This document shows, one piece after another, positions 38,787 through 49,056 of a stretch of 64,000 nucleotides of DNA. Within the stretch, counting starts at the first letter, position 1; every line of letters begins with the position of its first letter. The translations under genes and the position numbers were made by a program. Under the pieces are notes generated by a model. It worked only from the letters and a program-made list of their open reading frames with translations, did no database searches and was not told where the DNA came from. The DNA is from an uncultured delta proteobacterium (GTDB lineage Bacteria > Desulfobacterota > Binatia > Binatales > Binataceae): contig CAVQEQ010000003.1 of the NCBI GenBank assembly GCA_963711565.1, forward strand, positions 384,001 to 448,000, given 5' to 3'.

Positions 38787-40049
38787 CTACCGCGCCGCCG
38801 CATGCACTCCGTTCGACGCTATCTTCTTGCGCGGACCTTTGAGCGACTCTGGCCACCACTTATTATCCCACTCGCCGTCCCACACGCCGCGGAAATGGGG
38901 CAGCACTTCGCTGCAGAACAGATCGATATTCTTGATAGTCAACTCATGCGGCATCGATCCGATATGCAGCAGCACCATCAGGTTGCCGATGCGCAGCTTC
39001 TTGACCGCTTCCATCAACTGCTGGCGCACGGTGGCCGGCGATCCTGCGATCACGAACTGGTTGTCAACGAAGTCCTTGTACTTCCAGGTCGGGATCTTGT
39101 TCATCAGTTCGAACAACTGCGGATTCAGCTTGGTGACGCTGTTGACCAGGCTCTTGTAGTCCTGGTTGCTGGCGACGGGAAAATACTCGGGCAGGATGTG
39201 CAGGCATTTGTCGTAAAAATATCGGATGTGCTTGTAGTAGTCCTTCTCGGCCTGCGCGTCGGTCTCCGAGACGGCGACCAACTGCAAAAATCCCGTGCGA
39301 TACGGATTCGGATCGTGATTGCCCTTGGCGACGAAATCCCAGAACCCGTCCATCACGCGCTTGCCGAAATTATTCCCCCAGTACGACAGGAAGCAGTAGC
39401 AGTGATTGTGCTTGGCGGAAAAATCCCAGGTCGAGAGGCTCCCGCTGCCGGGAATCCACACGGGAGGATGGGGTTTCTGGATCGGACGCGGCCATATATT
39501 GACCATCGGCAGTTTGAAGTACTTCCCGTTCCACGCGAAAATTTCGGGCGACTGCCACGCTTTCAGAATCAGATCGTGCGCCTCATAGTAGCGCTCGCGC
39601 TGCTCAATCGGCGGGATTCCGTAGCAGAGGTTCACGTCCTGCGACGTGCCCAGCGGCATCCCGGCCACCATCCGGCCGCCGCTGATGCAATCGATCATCG
39701 AATATTCTTCCGCGATTCGTATCGGCGGATTCGAGGTTGGCAGCGTCGCGCCCATTTGCACCACGGCGACGTCGGTGCCGTTGGTCGCGCGCGCGAGAAT
39801 CGATCCCATCAGGTCCGGATTCGGCATGAAGCCGTAGGCGTTCTGATGATGCTCGTTGACGCAAATGCCGTCGATGCCCTTGTCGGCGGCGTGGATCAAC
39901 TCGTCGAGCGTCCAGTTGTAGTACTGCCCGACCTTCACCGAATCGGCCAGCTCGGCGTACGGCGGATCGACCCACACCGAGTGATATTTCTGCGCGAAAT
40001 CGTCGGGCAAATCGCGATAGGGCATCAGATGGAACATCGAGATTTTCAT
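38787..40049 (-). CDS. Luciferase-like (LLM) flavin-dependent oxidoreductase
   Basis: NEHHQ, P.RIAEE..M.D..S.GR, PRP.QKPHPP.W, AGSP.TV. Confidence 0.88.
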   Translation of the reverse strand: MKISMFHLMPYRDLPDDFAQKYHSVWVDPPYAELADSVKVGQYYNWTLDELIHAADKGIDGICVNEHHQNAYGFMPNPDLMGSILARATNGTDVAVVQMGATLPTSNPPIRIAEEYSMIDCISGGRMVAGMPLGTSQDVNLCYGIPPIEQRERYYEAHDLILKAWQSPEIFAWNGKYFKLPMVNIWPRPIQKPHPPVWIPGSGSLSTWDFSAKHNHCYCFLSYWGNNFGKRVMDGFWDFVAKGNHDPNPYRTGFLQLVAVSETDAQAEKDYYKHIRYFYDKCLHILPEYFPVASNQDYKSLVNSVTKLNPQLFELMNKIPTWKYKDFVDNQFVIAGSPATVRQQLMEAVKKLRIGNLMVLLHIGSMPHELTIKNIDLFCSEVLPHFRGVWDGEWDNKWWPESLKGPRKKIASNGVHAAAR

Positions 40050-40145
40050 CGTAGGCCTCCAGCCGCGCGTCAGCTTTCGATTTTTCAATACCACGATGCC
40101 ACGCGATCCCCAACATCGTTGCGAACCAGCCGGTCGTGCGGTTCT

Positions 40146-41006
40146 ATGTTCACAGTGAAATCGCTCATAGTATTCGGCATCGCATCGCTACTGCTGTGCT
40201 CCACAATCGCGCGCGCAGAACCTCTTGGGCGAACGTTCGTCGGCGACTTCATCGGCAACGACGCAACCACTGAAAACTATCTCAGCATCGCAGGCGACTA
40301 CGATCGCTCGGAAAATTCCGAGTCGTTGTATCTCGAAAAAACCATCTCACCCAACTCCAGCTTTTCGATTTTCATCGGCTACCAGCGCTTCGAGCAGGAA
40401 GAGGAGTCCACCAGTTCGAGCAATTTCGAGCTCGCCTACAAACGCGTGCTCATCAGGATTCCCAGCCACGAATTCGTGTTCACGATTAATCCCGGACTTG
40501 AACTACCGCTGGGCAATCGCAGTGCCGGCTCGGAGTCGCATGCGCGCGCCGGCTTCGATTTGCTTTTTCAGAAAGGGTTCGGTGACTTGCCCGACTTCCT
40601 GCGCATCCTGCGCCCGTTCGGCGTCGAGGGCGACTGGGGATGGCAAAGCAAGGTGACCGGCGCGCGCGACGATCTGACAACTGCCGACCTCGAACTCGAA
40701 TATTCGCTTCATTACCTCGACCAGAACGTCGCCGTTGGGGCCGTGCCTCGTGCGCTGCGGGACATCACGCCGAATCTCGATTTCGACTACGCGCAGTATT
40801 TGAGCGCGCATCGCAACTCTTCTCAGCCCAACTTCGATCTGACGCCCGCGATCGCGTGGCTGAATGCGACCTACGAGGTAAATCTCGGCGTCCAGGTCGC
40901 GGTCAATCGCGCCGCGTCGGGCAGCGGTGCCGTCGCCTTCGTCTGGCTACTGGGCGTCTCCTTCGATCAACTCGTGCCGGCACTCGGATGGATGCCGTTT
41001 CACTGA
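40146..41006 (+). CDS. Exported hypothetical protein, probable outer-membrane beta-barrel
   Basis: Signal peptide MFTVKSLIVFGIASLLLCSTIARA and amphipathic beta strands; this is the only plausible part of track ORF 37938-41006. Confidence 0.65.
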   Translation: MFTVKSLIVFGIASLLLCSTIARAEPLGRTFVGDFIGNDATTENYLSIAGDYDRSENSESLYLEKTISPNSSFSIFIGYQRFEQEEESTSSSNFELAYKRVLIRIPSHEFVFTINPGLELPLGNRSAGSESHARAGFDLLFQKGFGDLPDFLRILRPFGVEGDWGWQSKVTGARDDLTTADLELEYSLHYLDQNVAVGAVPRALRDITPNLDFDYAQYLSAHRNSSQPNFDLTPAIAWLNATYEVNLGVQVAVNRAASGSGAVAFVWLLGVSFDQLVPALGWMPFH

Positions 41007-41057
41007 TCGACCAGCAGTATAGACAAGCACCTCCAAGGAAGGCGAGAATGCGCGGCT

Positions 41058-42302
41058 ATGGAATCGTGGTTTAACAAGGCAAGATTCGGGATGTTCATTC
41101 ATTGGGGGCATTGCAGCCAGCGCGGGCTCGAGCTGTCGTGGCCGCTGGTCGGCGGCGTCGGCGCGCTGCCGAACGGCCAAAGCGTCGGCGTGGACGAGTA
41201 TCACTCGACCGCCAGGACGTTTAACCCTACCAGGTGGGATGCGCGCGAGCTGGCGCGAATGGCCAAGCGCGCCGGTATGCAGTACGCCGTTCTGACTAGC
41301 AAGCACCACGACGGTTACTCACTATTCCATACCAAGTATTCTGACTATTCGATTGAGCATTCACCGTTCAAGCGCGATATAGTTCGTGAATATACAGATG
41401 CGTTCCGCGCCGAAGGTCTGAGAGTCGGACTGTACTACTCACTTATCGACTGGCACCATCCCGACTATCCGACGTTTCTGGAATCGGACAAGCCCTACAA
41501 GTGGGGAGCATGGCGCCGCTCGTCACCCGAGCAGTGGAATCGGTTCATCGAGTTCATGTTCGCCCAGATACGCGAGCTGCTGACCAACTATGGCAAGATC
41601 GACCTGCTGTGGTTCGATGGCGGATGGGAACGCACGCCCGAAGAATGGAAATCGCGCGAGTTCGTCGAGATGATCCACTCACTCCAGCCCGAGGTCGTCA
41701 TCAACGATCGCATCCCCGGTTACGGCGACTACCAGACTCCTGAACAGGCAGTACCTCCCAAGCCTCCTGAGGGTCCGTGGGAAACCTGCCTGACGATTAA
41801 CAATAGCTGGGGTTACAATCCATCTGACAAGGATCTCAAATCGACGCGCGCGCTGATTCATACGCTGTGCGAAGTGGCCGGCAAGGGCGGGAACCTACTG
41901 CTCAACGTCAGCCCGATGGGCGACGGCTCGCTGCCGGCCGAACATGTCGAGCGGCTCGAAGCGATCGGCGACTGGATGGCGCGCAACGGCGAGGCGATCG
42001 TCGGCACCGACCCCGGCCTCGAGCCGTGGCAGTTCTACGGGCCGTCGACGCGCCGCGGCAATCGTGTGTATCTGCACGTCCTGATGAAACCGTACGAGTC
42101 GGTCTCGGTGCGCGGCGTGAAGGTGAAGCACGTCGGCGACGCGCGTCCATTGTCCAGTACAATCTCGCTCAAAGTCCGCAAGCGAGTATCCGCGGCCGAT
42201 AGTCTGTTCAATCACGATCCGATTGGCGAGCTCGTGATCGCAACGCCCGACAGCGCGCTCGATTCGATGGCGACAGTCATCGCCGTCGATTTCCAGCGAT
42301 AG
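41058..42302 (+). CDS. Alpha-L-fucosidase (GH29)
   Basis: WF..ARFGMFIHWG, LTSKHHDG, YYS..DW, LWFDG, INDR, GGNLLLNV.P. Confidence 0.9.
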   Translation: MESWFNKARFGMFIHWGHCSQRGLELSWPLVGGVGALPNGQSVGVDEYHSTARTFNPTRWDARELARMAKRAGMQYAVLTSKHHDGYSLFHTKYSDYSIEHSPFKRDIVREYTDAFRAEGLRVGLYYSLIDWHHPDYPTFLESDKPYKWGAWRRSSPEQWNRFIEFMFAQIRELLTNYGKIDLLWFDGGWERTPEEWKSREFVEMIHSLQPEVVINDRIPGYGDYQTPEQAVPPKPPEGPWETCLTINNSWGYNPSDKDLKSTRALIHTLCEVAGKGGNLLLNVSPMGDGSLPAEHVERLEAIGDWMARNGEAIVGTDPGLEPWQFYGPSTRRGNRVYLHVLMKPYESVSVRGVKVKHVGDARPLSSTISLKVRKRVSAADSLFNHDPIGELVIATPDSALDSMATVIAVDFQR

Positions 42303-42313
42303 TCAGTCGAGGT

Positions 42314-44840
42314 TCACGGCGCAGCGGTGATGCTCCACATATATGGCTTGCCGTTGACCGTCATGTTAACGCGGTAGGTCTGTCCCGCGGAGAGCGGATC
42401 GCGCACCATCATAACTGCCTCGCCGAAGAATCGGAGCACCTCGCGGCCATGCGCCTGAGTGCCGGGGTCGGGATTGGCATAGGTTTGAAAATCGTAGGGG
42501 CAGGTTCCGACTCTCGTTCCCGCCGCCGCGCCTGAGGTCTGAATCAGGGAAGCATCGGTGAGCGTCGCCGGCATGTTGATGCCGACCTGGATGGTAATTG
42601 CGGGCGCGTTGTTCGGATACCCGGGACAGTTCGATATGGGGCTGGGCCATTCACCGCCAAATCCGCTCGGCTTGACGGTCGCACCGTCGGGCGGAATCTG
42701 GATCGGCGTTGCGTACGGATGCCCGCCGGGGAGCGAGGACTTGAGATCGCTGCGCCAATCGAGCGACGAGGCGCAAACCTTTTCGTCGCAGTACTCGCCA
42801 AATCCAACCTGGCGCAAGTCGGGGTTGACGAGCGACGGGCGATGGAACGGTCCCGCGATCCAGAACTCGATTGCCCTGGTCATTCGCTGCTCGGCGGTAA
42901 ACTTCTGCGGGCCCTGGAACATGACGTTGCTGGCGCGCGCGGCTTTGATGCCGTCGGGGGTATAGCCGGGCTTCGATTCATCCTCCGTATGCATGAGAGC
43001 GCCGATGTTCACGCCGGCGGCCAGCATCGGCCCATAGTTCATCACCAGATATTTCGCGTGATCCCTGCAGCCCTGACTCAGCGCGGGATCCTCTTCCACC
43101 GGCTGCAGCTTGAGGAGCGTGCGATAGAGGTTCACGATCGTCAGCCAATTCGCGCCCGCACCCGTGGTGGACGTCTCAGGGGTAGCTTCTGCCGCCGGCA
43201 AAGATGGCGCCGCAATGAACGCCGGAATCTTCGATACTGCCGGCGACGTGGCCGGCGCGGGCATCGCGCGACGCGGTAGCGCACTTCGATGCGCGGCGGG
43301 CCGCACAGGCTTCGGTGCGGGTGTCGCGACCGGTGCCTGCGTGGGGAAGCTCGCGCTCGCGCTGAAAGTGGTCTCCAACGTCTGCGCGGCGGTGAAGCTC
43401 CATGCGTAGGTCACGTCGTTGGCCGTGATCGAAACCTGGTAGCGCGAGCCTGGCCGCAGAGGAGCGCGCGGCACCAGCACGATCGCGCCGGCGTTGCGCA
43501 AGCTCCAGCGACCGTACTCCTGCTCCGTCGGATTCGGATTGCGATAGCCGGGCGCGTCGAAGGCGCAGAACTCAATCGGCTTGCCGTCTTCGGTCAGGGA
43601 ATCATTGGTGAGCCTGGTCTGCACCAGCCGTCCCATCTGCAATGTGATCGGAAGCCCGACCGGGCGTTCGTAACCACTGCAGCTCGCGAGCGCGTCGGGC
43701 ACCTCGAGCCCGATCCATTCCAGCGCTATGTCGGCTCCCTCGGGAGGAAATTCGACGGCGCGCCGATACGGCTTCACGTCCTCCGGCGGCGGCGGCAACC
43801 GCAGCGCGGCCACCCAGCATCCGTCTTCCGCGGCTTCGCCGTAGCCAACGTCGCCAAGGTAGGGATCGAGCATCGGCAGCCGGTGAAACGGTCCCTCGAG
43901 CCAGCGATCGATCTGCTGCGCGGCATCGTACGTGCTGCATCCCCATGCGATTTGAAGATTCTGCGCCACACCGGCGCCTTCGACAGAGTATCCGCTTGTG
44001 CCGGGCTTCTCTTCGTATGCGTCAGCGGGTATCGGCTGGGCGCCGCGGATGTTGTCGGCGAAATTCAGCATCAGGTAGTGCGCATGAGCGGTGACGGCCG
44101 CGCTCAGCCGGGAATTGTCGCGAATCGGATGCAGCCCGTTGCTGCCGCGATAGAAGTTGATGCGTTCGAGCCAGGTCATCGGCGATGCGCTTGCCGCCGC
44201 GACCGGAGCGGGCGCGGCAATCGCCGTCGATGCCGCCACGGGTGCCGGGGCGACTGCGATGCTACTGGCGTGCGCCACAGGGGACGGCGGAATCGTCGCG
44301 GCCAGCGATGGAGGCGCGGCCGGAGCCGGCGCGTACAGCAACAATATTCGGCGGCTCGCTATGCTTCGGCGCAGGATTCGGTTTCACCAACGCGACAATC
44401 TTCGAGAGGGTCGCAACCGAAACCAGTCCCCACTTCTCGAAACGATCCGCCGATACAATCGCGATCAGAATCGCGACCAGCGCCCCCACGCGCAGAATGC
44501 GCCGCCGGCGTCGCCGCTTCTGCGCATCCGGATCGATGAATCGATACGGCGGCGCGCCGCCGAAACGCAACACGTCACCGTGCTTGAGCCGCTGCGTCCG
44601 GCGAATCCGATTACCATTGACGAACGTGCCCGGCCCGAACTTGAGATCGGCCAGGTAGTAGCGGCCGCGCGAGTATCTGATGATCGCATGGCGAACCGCG
44701 ACGTTCGGATCCGCGACGTGCAGCTTCGAGCCTTCGGCGCTGCCGATCGACGCTTCGCCGCGGGTCAGCATGAGCAGCCGAGTGCCCGGCGCCTCGCGAT
44801 CCACCGCCAGCAGTCGCGCCGCTTGCGGCCGCTTCAACAC
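42314..44840 (-). CDS. FHA-TM-(CAP-like)x2 protein, frameshift near 44335
   Basis: ORF 44262-44840 has an FHA domain (IG, HA, GTFVNG, L..GD..RFG) plus a TM helix. ORF 42314-44344 continues with a Pro/Ala linker and two WL..N.YR...PFHR modules. Confidence 0.7.
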
Positions 44841-44881
44841 TTGCGGCTACCCTCGCGCGCGACGCTCAAGCTTGCAGTCAT

Positions 44882-45280
44882 TCAGAAGACGAACGCGTTA
44901 CCCTTCGATACGGGCGCGGTGGGAGTCTCGGTGCAGTACGGCGGATCGCCGGTCGCATTGCTAGCCGCCCTGTCCGCCAGCAGCTTCGCGAGATCCTTTT
45001 GGCAGTTATTATGGTCGGTCTGGTAGTAGCGATATCGGGTGGTTTTGATCGACTGGTCCGGCGGCAGGACCAAGACTGGCCCGCTCACTTTTGAAGCTTC
45101 CTCGGGCGTCATTCCCATATCGGTAAGACTTATCGGCGCGGGAGGCGTTTTGGATTTCCAGATCGGCACCCCGGGCAAGCCCACCGATTGCAAGTTGCCC
45201 TGCTGATCCTCGGTCCACGAAAAACATCCGGCGAGTGCGCAATAGCAGATCGCCAGCACCACTAAAAGGGCGCGCTTCAA
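44882..45280 (-). CDS. Hypothetical lipoprotein
   Basis: Lipobox LAGC. Confidence 0.65.
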   Translation of the reverse strand: MKRALLVVLAICYCALAGCFSWTEDQQGNLQSVGLPGVPIWKSKTPPAPISLTDMGMTPEEASKVSGPVLVLPPDQSIKTTRYRYYQTDHNNCQKDLAKLLADRAASNATGDPPYCTETPTAPVSKGNAFVF

Positions 45281-45353
45281 GAAAACCGTAACCCCCTCTC
45301 GATCATCCGCAACAAATCGACCTGATGACTAGCGGTCAGCGGACGCAACTACA

Positions 45354-46787
45354 TCACGGACCGATGGCGAAAGTCCAGCCGTACTGCTTGCCGTTCGCGG
45401 TCATCGACACCGCGTACTTCGCGCCCTTGTCCAGGGGTTCGCGCGGAATCACGACGACCGTGCCATAAGACTTCAGAACGTTGCGGCCTAAGTCTTGTGA
45501 GTATGCATCGGGATTCGAGTAGCTAGTCGAATCGATACCGCATGCTTCCACCGCCGAACGGCTGCCGTCGGCGTTTACCCGCGCGAGTGAGTATTGACTG
45601 AGATGCGTGTCTATCCAGTCACCGAGCTGAAGTGTAATAGCCACTCCGCTGGGCTGCTCGTAGCCGGAACAGCTCGTGCGCGGGTCGGGCCATTCGTTTT
45701 CGAACGATCTGATGGCGACGGTCCCGCCATCGGGAGGAAACTCGACCGGTCCGATGCCCGCCGGCGCCTTGCCCTGCGAACCCTTCAACAGGTTGAGTCC
45801 CGCCGCGCACGCCTCCGACTCGCAGTAGAGTCCGAAGCCGGCGCTGGTCAGCCGCGGATTGAGTATCGGCATGCGATGGAAGGGCAGCGCCATCCATCCG
45901 TCGATCGACCAGGTCGGCGAGCCCCATCCTTTCGGGTCAACGCCGGCGGACTCGCCCCGCATCGACCACACATCCATGTCGCTGGACTTGGCCGCTTCGA
46001 GTCCCGCAGGCGTGAAGTTCGGCTTCCCCGGATCCTCCGTATGCATCTCGGCGCCGAGACCACCTCCACCCGCGATCGCGTCGTGGTGGTTCTTGACTAT
46101 ATACATCGCATGCGCGCGGTCACCTTCGCTCAGCGCTGCGTCTTCGACGATCGGCGGCAACATCGCCATCGCGCGGTAGTAGTTCACTCGCGCGAGCCAT
46201 TCCGGCTCGATAGATGCGGCAGTGGCAGACGACGGCGTCGTTGAACCGATCGCTGATTCCGCGCCGGCTGCAGGTACCGACTGAGTGCTGGCCGCCGAAG
46301 GCGCGGAACTGGACTGGTGCGGCGAAATCCCCGGGACGATTTCCGAGGTGGCCGATCTGATTTCGGTGCGATAGCGGGCGGCGGCGAATCCCGCGATGAA
46401 CATCAGCATCACAATCAGAAATCCACGACGCATGCGCCGCGGCACCGAGGCGGGGTCCAGAGAGAAGCGCGCGGAGCCGAACCTGATCTCGTCGCCACTC
46501 TTCACCGCGATCGGCTTTCGCACCTGGCGGCCGTTGACGAACGTGCCGTTGGTCGAGCCGAGGTCCGCCAGCTCGAAGCCGCCGGGCTTGCGCGTAATCG
46601 TGGCGTGGCGGCGCGATACCGTCGTGTCGTCGAGCACCACGTCGTTCGACGGATGAGTGCCAATAGCTATTGACGGCTTGTCGAGTGAGTATTCGCGCGC
46701 GCGCGAACTGCCTATTGTAACGAGCCGGCTGCGCGCACCGGTGTTCTCAGTCGGTACCTTGTCGGCGGCGCCCTGCTTTGGCGGCAT
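45354..46787 (-). CDS. FHA-TM-CAP-like protein
   Basis: FHA (VSRRHA, DLGSTNGTFVNG), TM helix, Ser/Ala linker, WL.RVNYYR...H.ED...W...PFHR..ILNP.L...GFG. Confidence 0.8.
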   Translation of the reverse strand: MPPKQGAADKVPTENTGARSRLVTIGSSRAREYSLDKPSIAIGTHPSNDVVLDDTTVSRRHATITRKPGGFELADLGSTNGTFVNGRQVRKPIAVKSGDEIRFGSARFSLDPASVPRRMRRGFLIVMLMFIAGFAAARYRTEIRSATSEIVPGISPHQSSSAPSAASTQSVPAAGAESAIGSTTPSSATAASIEPEWLARVNYYRAMAMLPPIVEDAALSEGDRAHAMYIVKNHHDAIAGGGGLGAEMHTEDPGKPNFTPAGLEAAKSSDMDVWSMRGESAGVDPKGWGSPTWSIDGWMALPFHRMPILNPRLTSAGFGLYCESEACAAGLNLLKGSQGKAPAGIGPVEFPPDGGTVAIRSFENEWPDPRTSCSGYEQPSGVAITLQLGDWIDTHLSQYSLARVNADGSRSAVEACGIDSTSYSNPDAYSQDLGRNVLKSYGTVVVIPREPLDKGAKYAVSMTANGKQYGWTFAIGP

Positions 46788-46795
46788 CGATCGTC

Positions 46796-47839
46796 CTAGC
46801 CCAGGTTCCAGAAACGCCCGACATTCTGCGCCGCTCGCTCGATCATCGGCATCACCCGGTCGCCGCCGTCGTCGGGCCGAATCGGCTCATCGGCGTCGCG
46901 GCCGAATTCGTCGATCACCGCGCGTCCCGACTCCGCGATCGCTTCGAGGTCGTAGCCGCCTTCGAGCGCCGCGACCATCCTCCCGCCGCAGCATTCCGCC
47001 GCGAGCCGCTTCACCCGCCGTGCCATCGCTCCGAATCCCGCCTCTGTAACGCGCATCTGCGCGAGCTCATCGCGGAAATGCGCATCGAAACCCGACGAGA
47101 CGAGTATGAACTCGGGATTGAAATGGCGTCCGATCGGCACGATCAATCGATCGAACACCCGAAGATACTCGGCGTCGCCGAATTCCGCCGGCATCGGCAA
47201 GTTGACGGTGAATCCCACCCCCGCGCCGTATCCGATCTCGTGGAGCGAGCCGGTGCCGGGGTAATGCGGAAACTGATGCGTGGAAACGTAGAGCACTTCG
47301 GGCGATTCGTAAAATATGTCCTGCAAGCCGTTGCCATGATGGACGTCCCAATCGACGATCATCACGCGCTTGAGGCCGCGAGATTCGATTAGCCACTTCG
47401 CCGCAATTGCAACATTGTTGAAGAAGCAAAACCCCATCGCGCGATTAGGCAGTGCGTGATGTCCCGGCGGACGGACAATAGCAAATCCATTAGCTACTGC
47501 TCCGTCCATCACCGCCTCGACTGCGGTAAGTACTCCGCCCGCCGACAGCAGCGCGGTCTCGTAGGTATCGCGCGAGCTATGCGTATCCGGGTCGAAGTCG
47601 AACCGGTCGAGCGACGCCGTCCGCGCGACGGTCGCGATGTAGTCAGGCGTATGGCAGCTCTCTATTTCCTCTGGCGTCGCGTCGCGCGGCGTCATGAATT
47701 TCAAATCCGGGCGCCTCAGCGACTCCGCCATCTCGATCATCACCTCGGCGCGCTGGGGACGCTCCGGATGCGCCCGGCCGGCGAAGTGTTTCAGGTAGCG
47801 GCGATCCGCGACGACCCCGGTCTTAAGCATCGTTGACAC
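46796..47839 (-). CDS. Histone deacetylase-family amidohydrolase
   Basis: HPE.P.R, RPPGHH, GFC.FNN, DWDVHHGNG, GFDAH..D, LEGGY. Confidence 0.92.
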   Translation of the reverse strand: MSTMLKTGVVADRRYLKHFAGRAHPERPQRAEVMIEMAESLRRPDLKFMTPRDATPEEIESCHTPDYIATVARTASLDRFDFDPDTHSSRDTYETALLSAGGVLTAVEAVMDGAVANGFAIVRPPGHHALPNRAMGFCFFNNVAIAAKWLIESRGLKRVMIVDWDVHHGNGLQDIFYESPEVLYVSTHQFPHYPGTGSLHEIGYGAGVGFTVNLPMPAEFGDAEYLRVFDRLIVPIGRHFNPEFILVSSGFDAHFRDELAQMRVTEAGFGAMARRVKRLAAECCGGRMVAALEGGYDLEAIAESGRAVIDEFGRDADEPIRPDDGGDRVMPMIERAAQNVGRFWNLG

Positions 47840-47939
47840 CCCAGTCGGGTATAATGATTAACTGGCATGGAGCGATTGCGCGGAGTTTTTCCGCGCCTCG
47901 CGAAATCATCGAGTTGCGCTCGCAAGCGGTCATCGAAGT

Positions 47940-48194
47940 TTGCCTGATCTTTTTGAAATAGCTCTCATCCTCGCGATCGCGCTGATCGTAGTCGGCCCCG
48001 AACGCCTGCCCGAGGTTATGCGCACGGTAGGAAAAGTTTTGCGCGAGCTGCGCCTGGCTAGCAACACCGTCCTCCACGAATTGACCGAAGTGCTCGACGA
48101 GCCGCAGGCGGCGCCGCTGGCCAAGGTGCCTCCAATCGCGACCACCGCGCCTAAGTCCGAGCTGCCGGCCACTCCGCCGACCGAGAAAACATAG
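47940..48194 (+). CDS. tatB: Twin-arginine translocase TatA/TatB subunit
   Basis: E...I...ALIV.GPERLPE..R..GK; immediately upstream of tatC. Confidence 0.8.
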   Translation: MPDLFEIALILAIALIVVGPERLPEVMRTVGKVLRELRLASNTVLHELTEVLDEPQAAPLAKVPPIATTAPKSELPATPPTEKT

Positions 48195-48210
48195 CCGGTC
48201 ATCCTGCACT

Positions 48211-49029
48211 GTGACTAGCGAGGATATCACACCGCCAGCGGCCATCGAGGCGACGCCCGAGCAGGCGCGGATGTCGCTCATCGAGCATCTACAGGAGCTG
48301 CGTACTCGGCTGATTCGCGCCTTCATCGCCATCGGCCTCGGCTTCATCCTCGCGTATGCGATTGCCGATCCGCTCTTTCACATGCTGACATGGCCGATTC
48401 GCGAAGTCTCCGGCGGCAAGGTGCTGTTGATCGGTACGGGCGTCGGCGAGGCATTCTATACCAAGATTAAAGTCGCGCTAATCGCCGGACTGTTCATCGC
48501 CAGCCCCGCGGTATTTTACGAAATCTGGAAATTCATCGCGCCGGGTTTGTACGAAACCGAACGCAGGATGGCGAAGCCGTTCGTCTTTTTTGCGACGCTG
48601 TTCTTTGTGCTCGGCGGATACTTCTGCTGGGCGGTTGTGTTCAAGATCGGTTACGCGTTCTTTCTCGACCAATACGCGAGCATCGGCGTCACTCCCACAA
48701 TTCGCATCAGCGAATATCTGGCGTTCTCGGCCAAGCTGCTACTCGCGTTCGCGCTGACGTTCGAGATGCCCATCTTCGCGTTCTTTTTCACCAAGCTCGG
48801 CATGATCGACTACAAGATGATGTTCAGCTACTGGCGCTATGCAATCCTCGCCATCTTCATCGTCTCCGCGGCGCTGACTCCGCCCGACATGGTCTCGCAG
48901 TTCCTGCTGGCGATTCCGCTGCTGCTGTTGTACGCAATCAGTGTCGGCGTCGCCTGGATGTTCCGAATCGAGCCCGCGGAAAAATCCGCCGCGACGACCC
49001 CAAAACCGCAACAACCCGAAATCGTCTGA
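48211..49029 (+). CDS. tatC: Twin-arginine translocase TatC
   Basis: HL.ELR.RL, W.FIAPGLY..ER, FE.P, TPPD..SQ. Confidence 0.93.
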   Translation: MTSEDITPPAAIEATPEQARMSLIEHLQELRTRLIRAFIAIGLGFILAYAIADPLFHMLTWPIREVSGGKVLLIGTGVGEAFYTKIKVALIAGLFIASPAVFYEIWKFIAPGLYETERRMAKPFVFFATLFFVLGGYFCWAVVFKIGYAFFLDQYASIGVTPTIRISEYLAFSAKLLLAFALTFEMPIFAFFFTKLGMIDYKMMFSYWRYAILAIFIVSAALTPPDMVSQFLLAIPLLLLYAISVGVAWMFRIEPAEKSAATTPKPQQPEIV

Positions 49030-49056
49030 ACGCGGAGCGAGGCGAACAGAGGCCCC

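Noticed and set aside
37938-41006. 1022-aa plus-strand ORF
   Set aside because: The first ~736 codons are the antisense shadow of the hydrolase and LLM genes; only 40146-41006 looks like a real protein.
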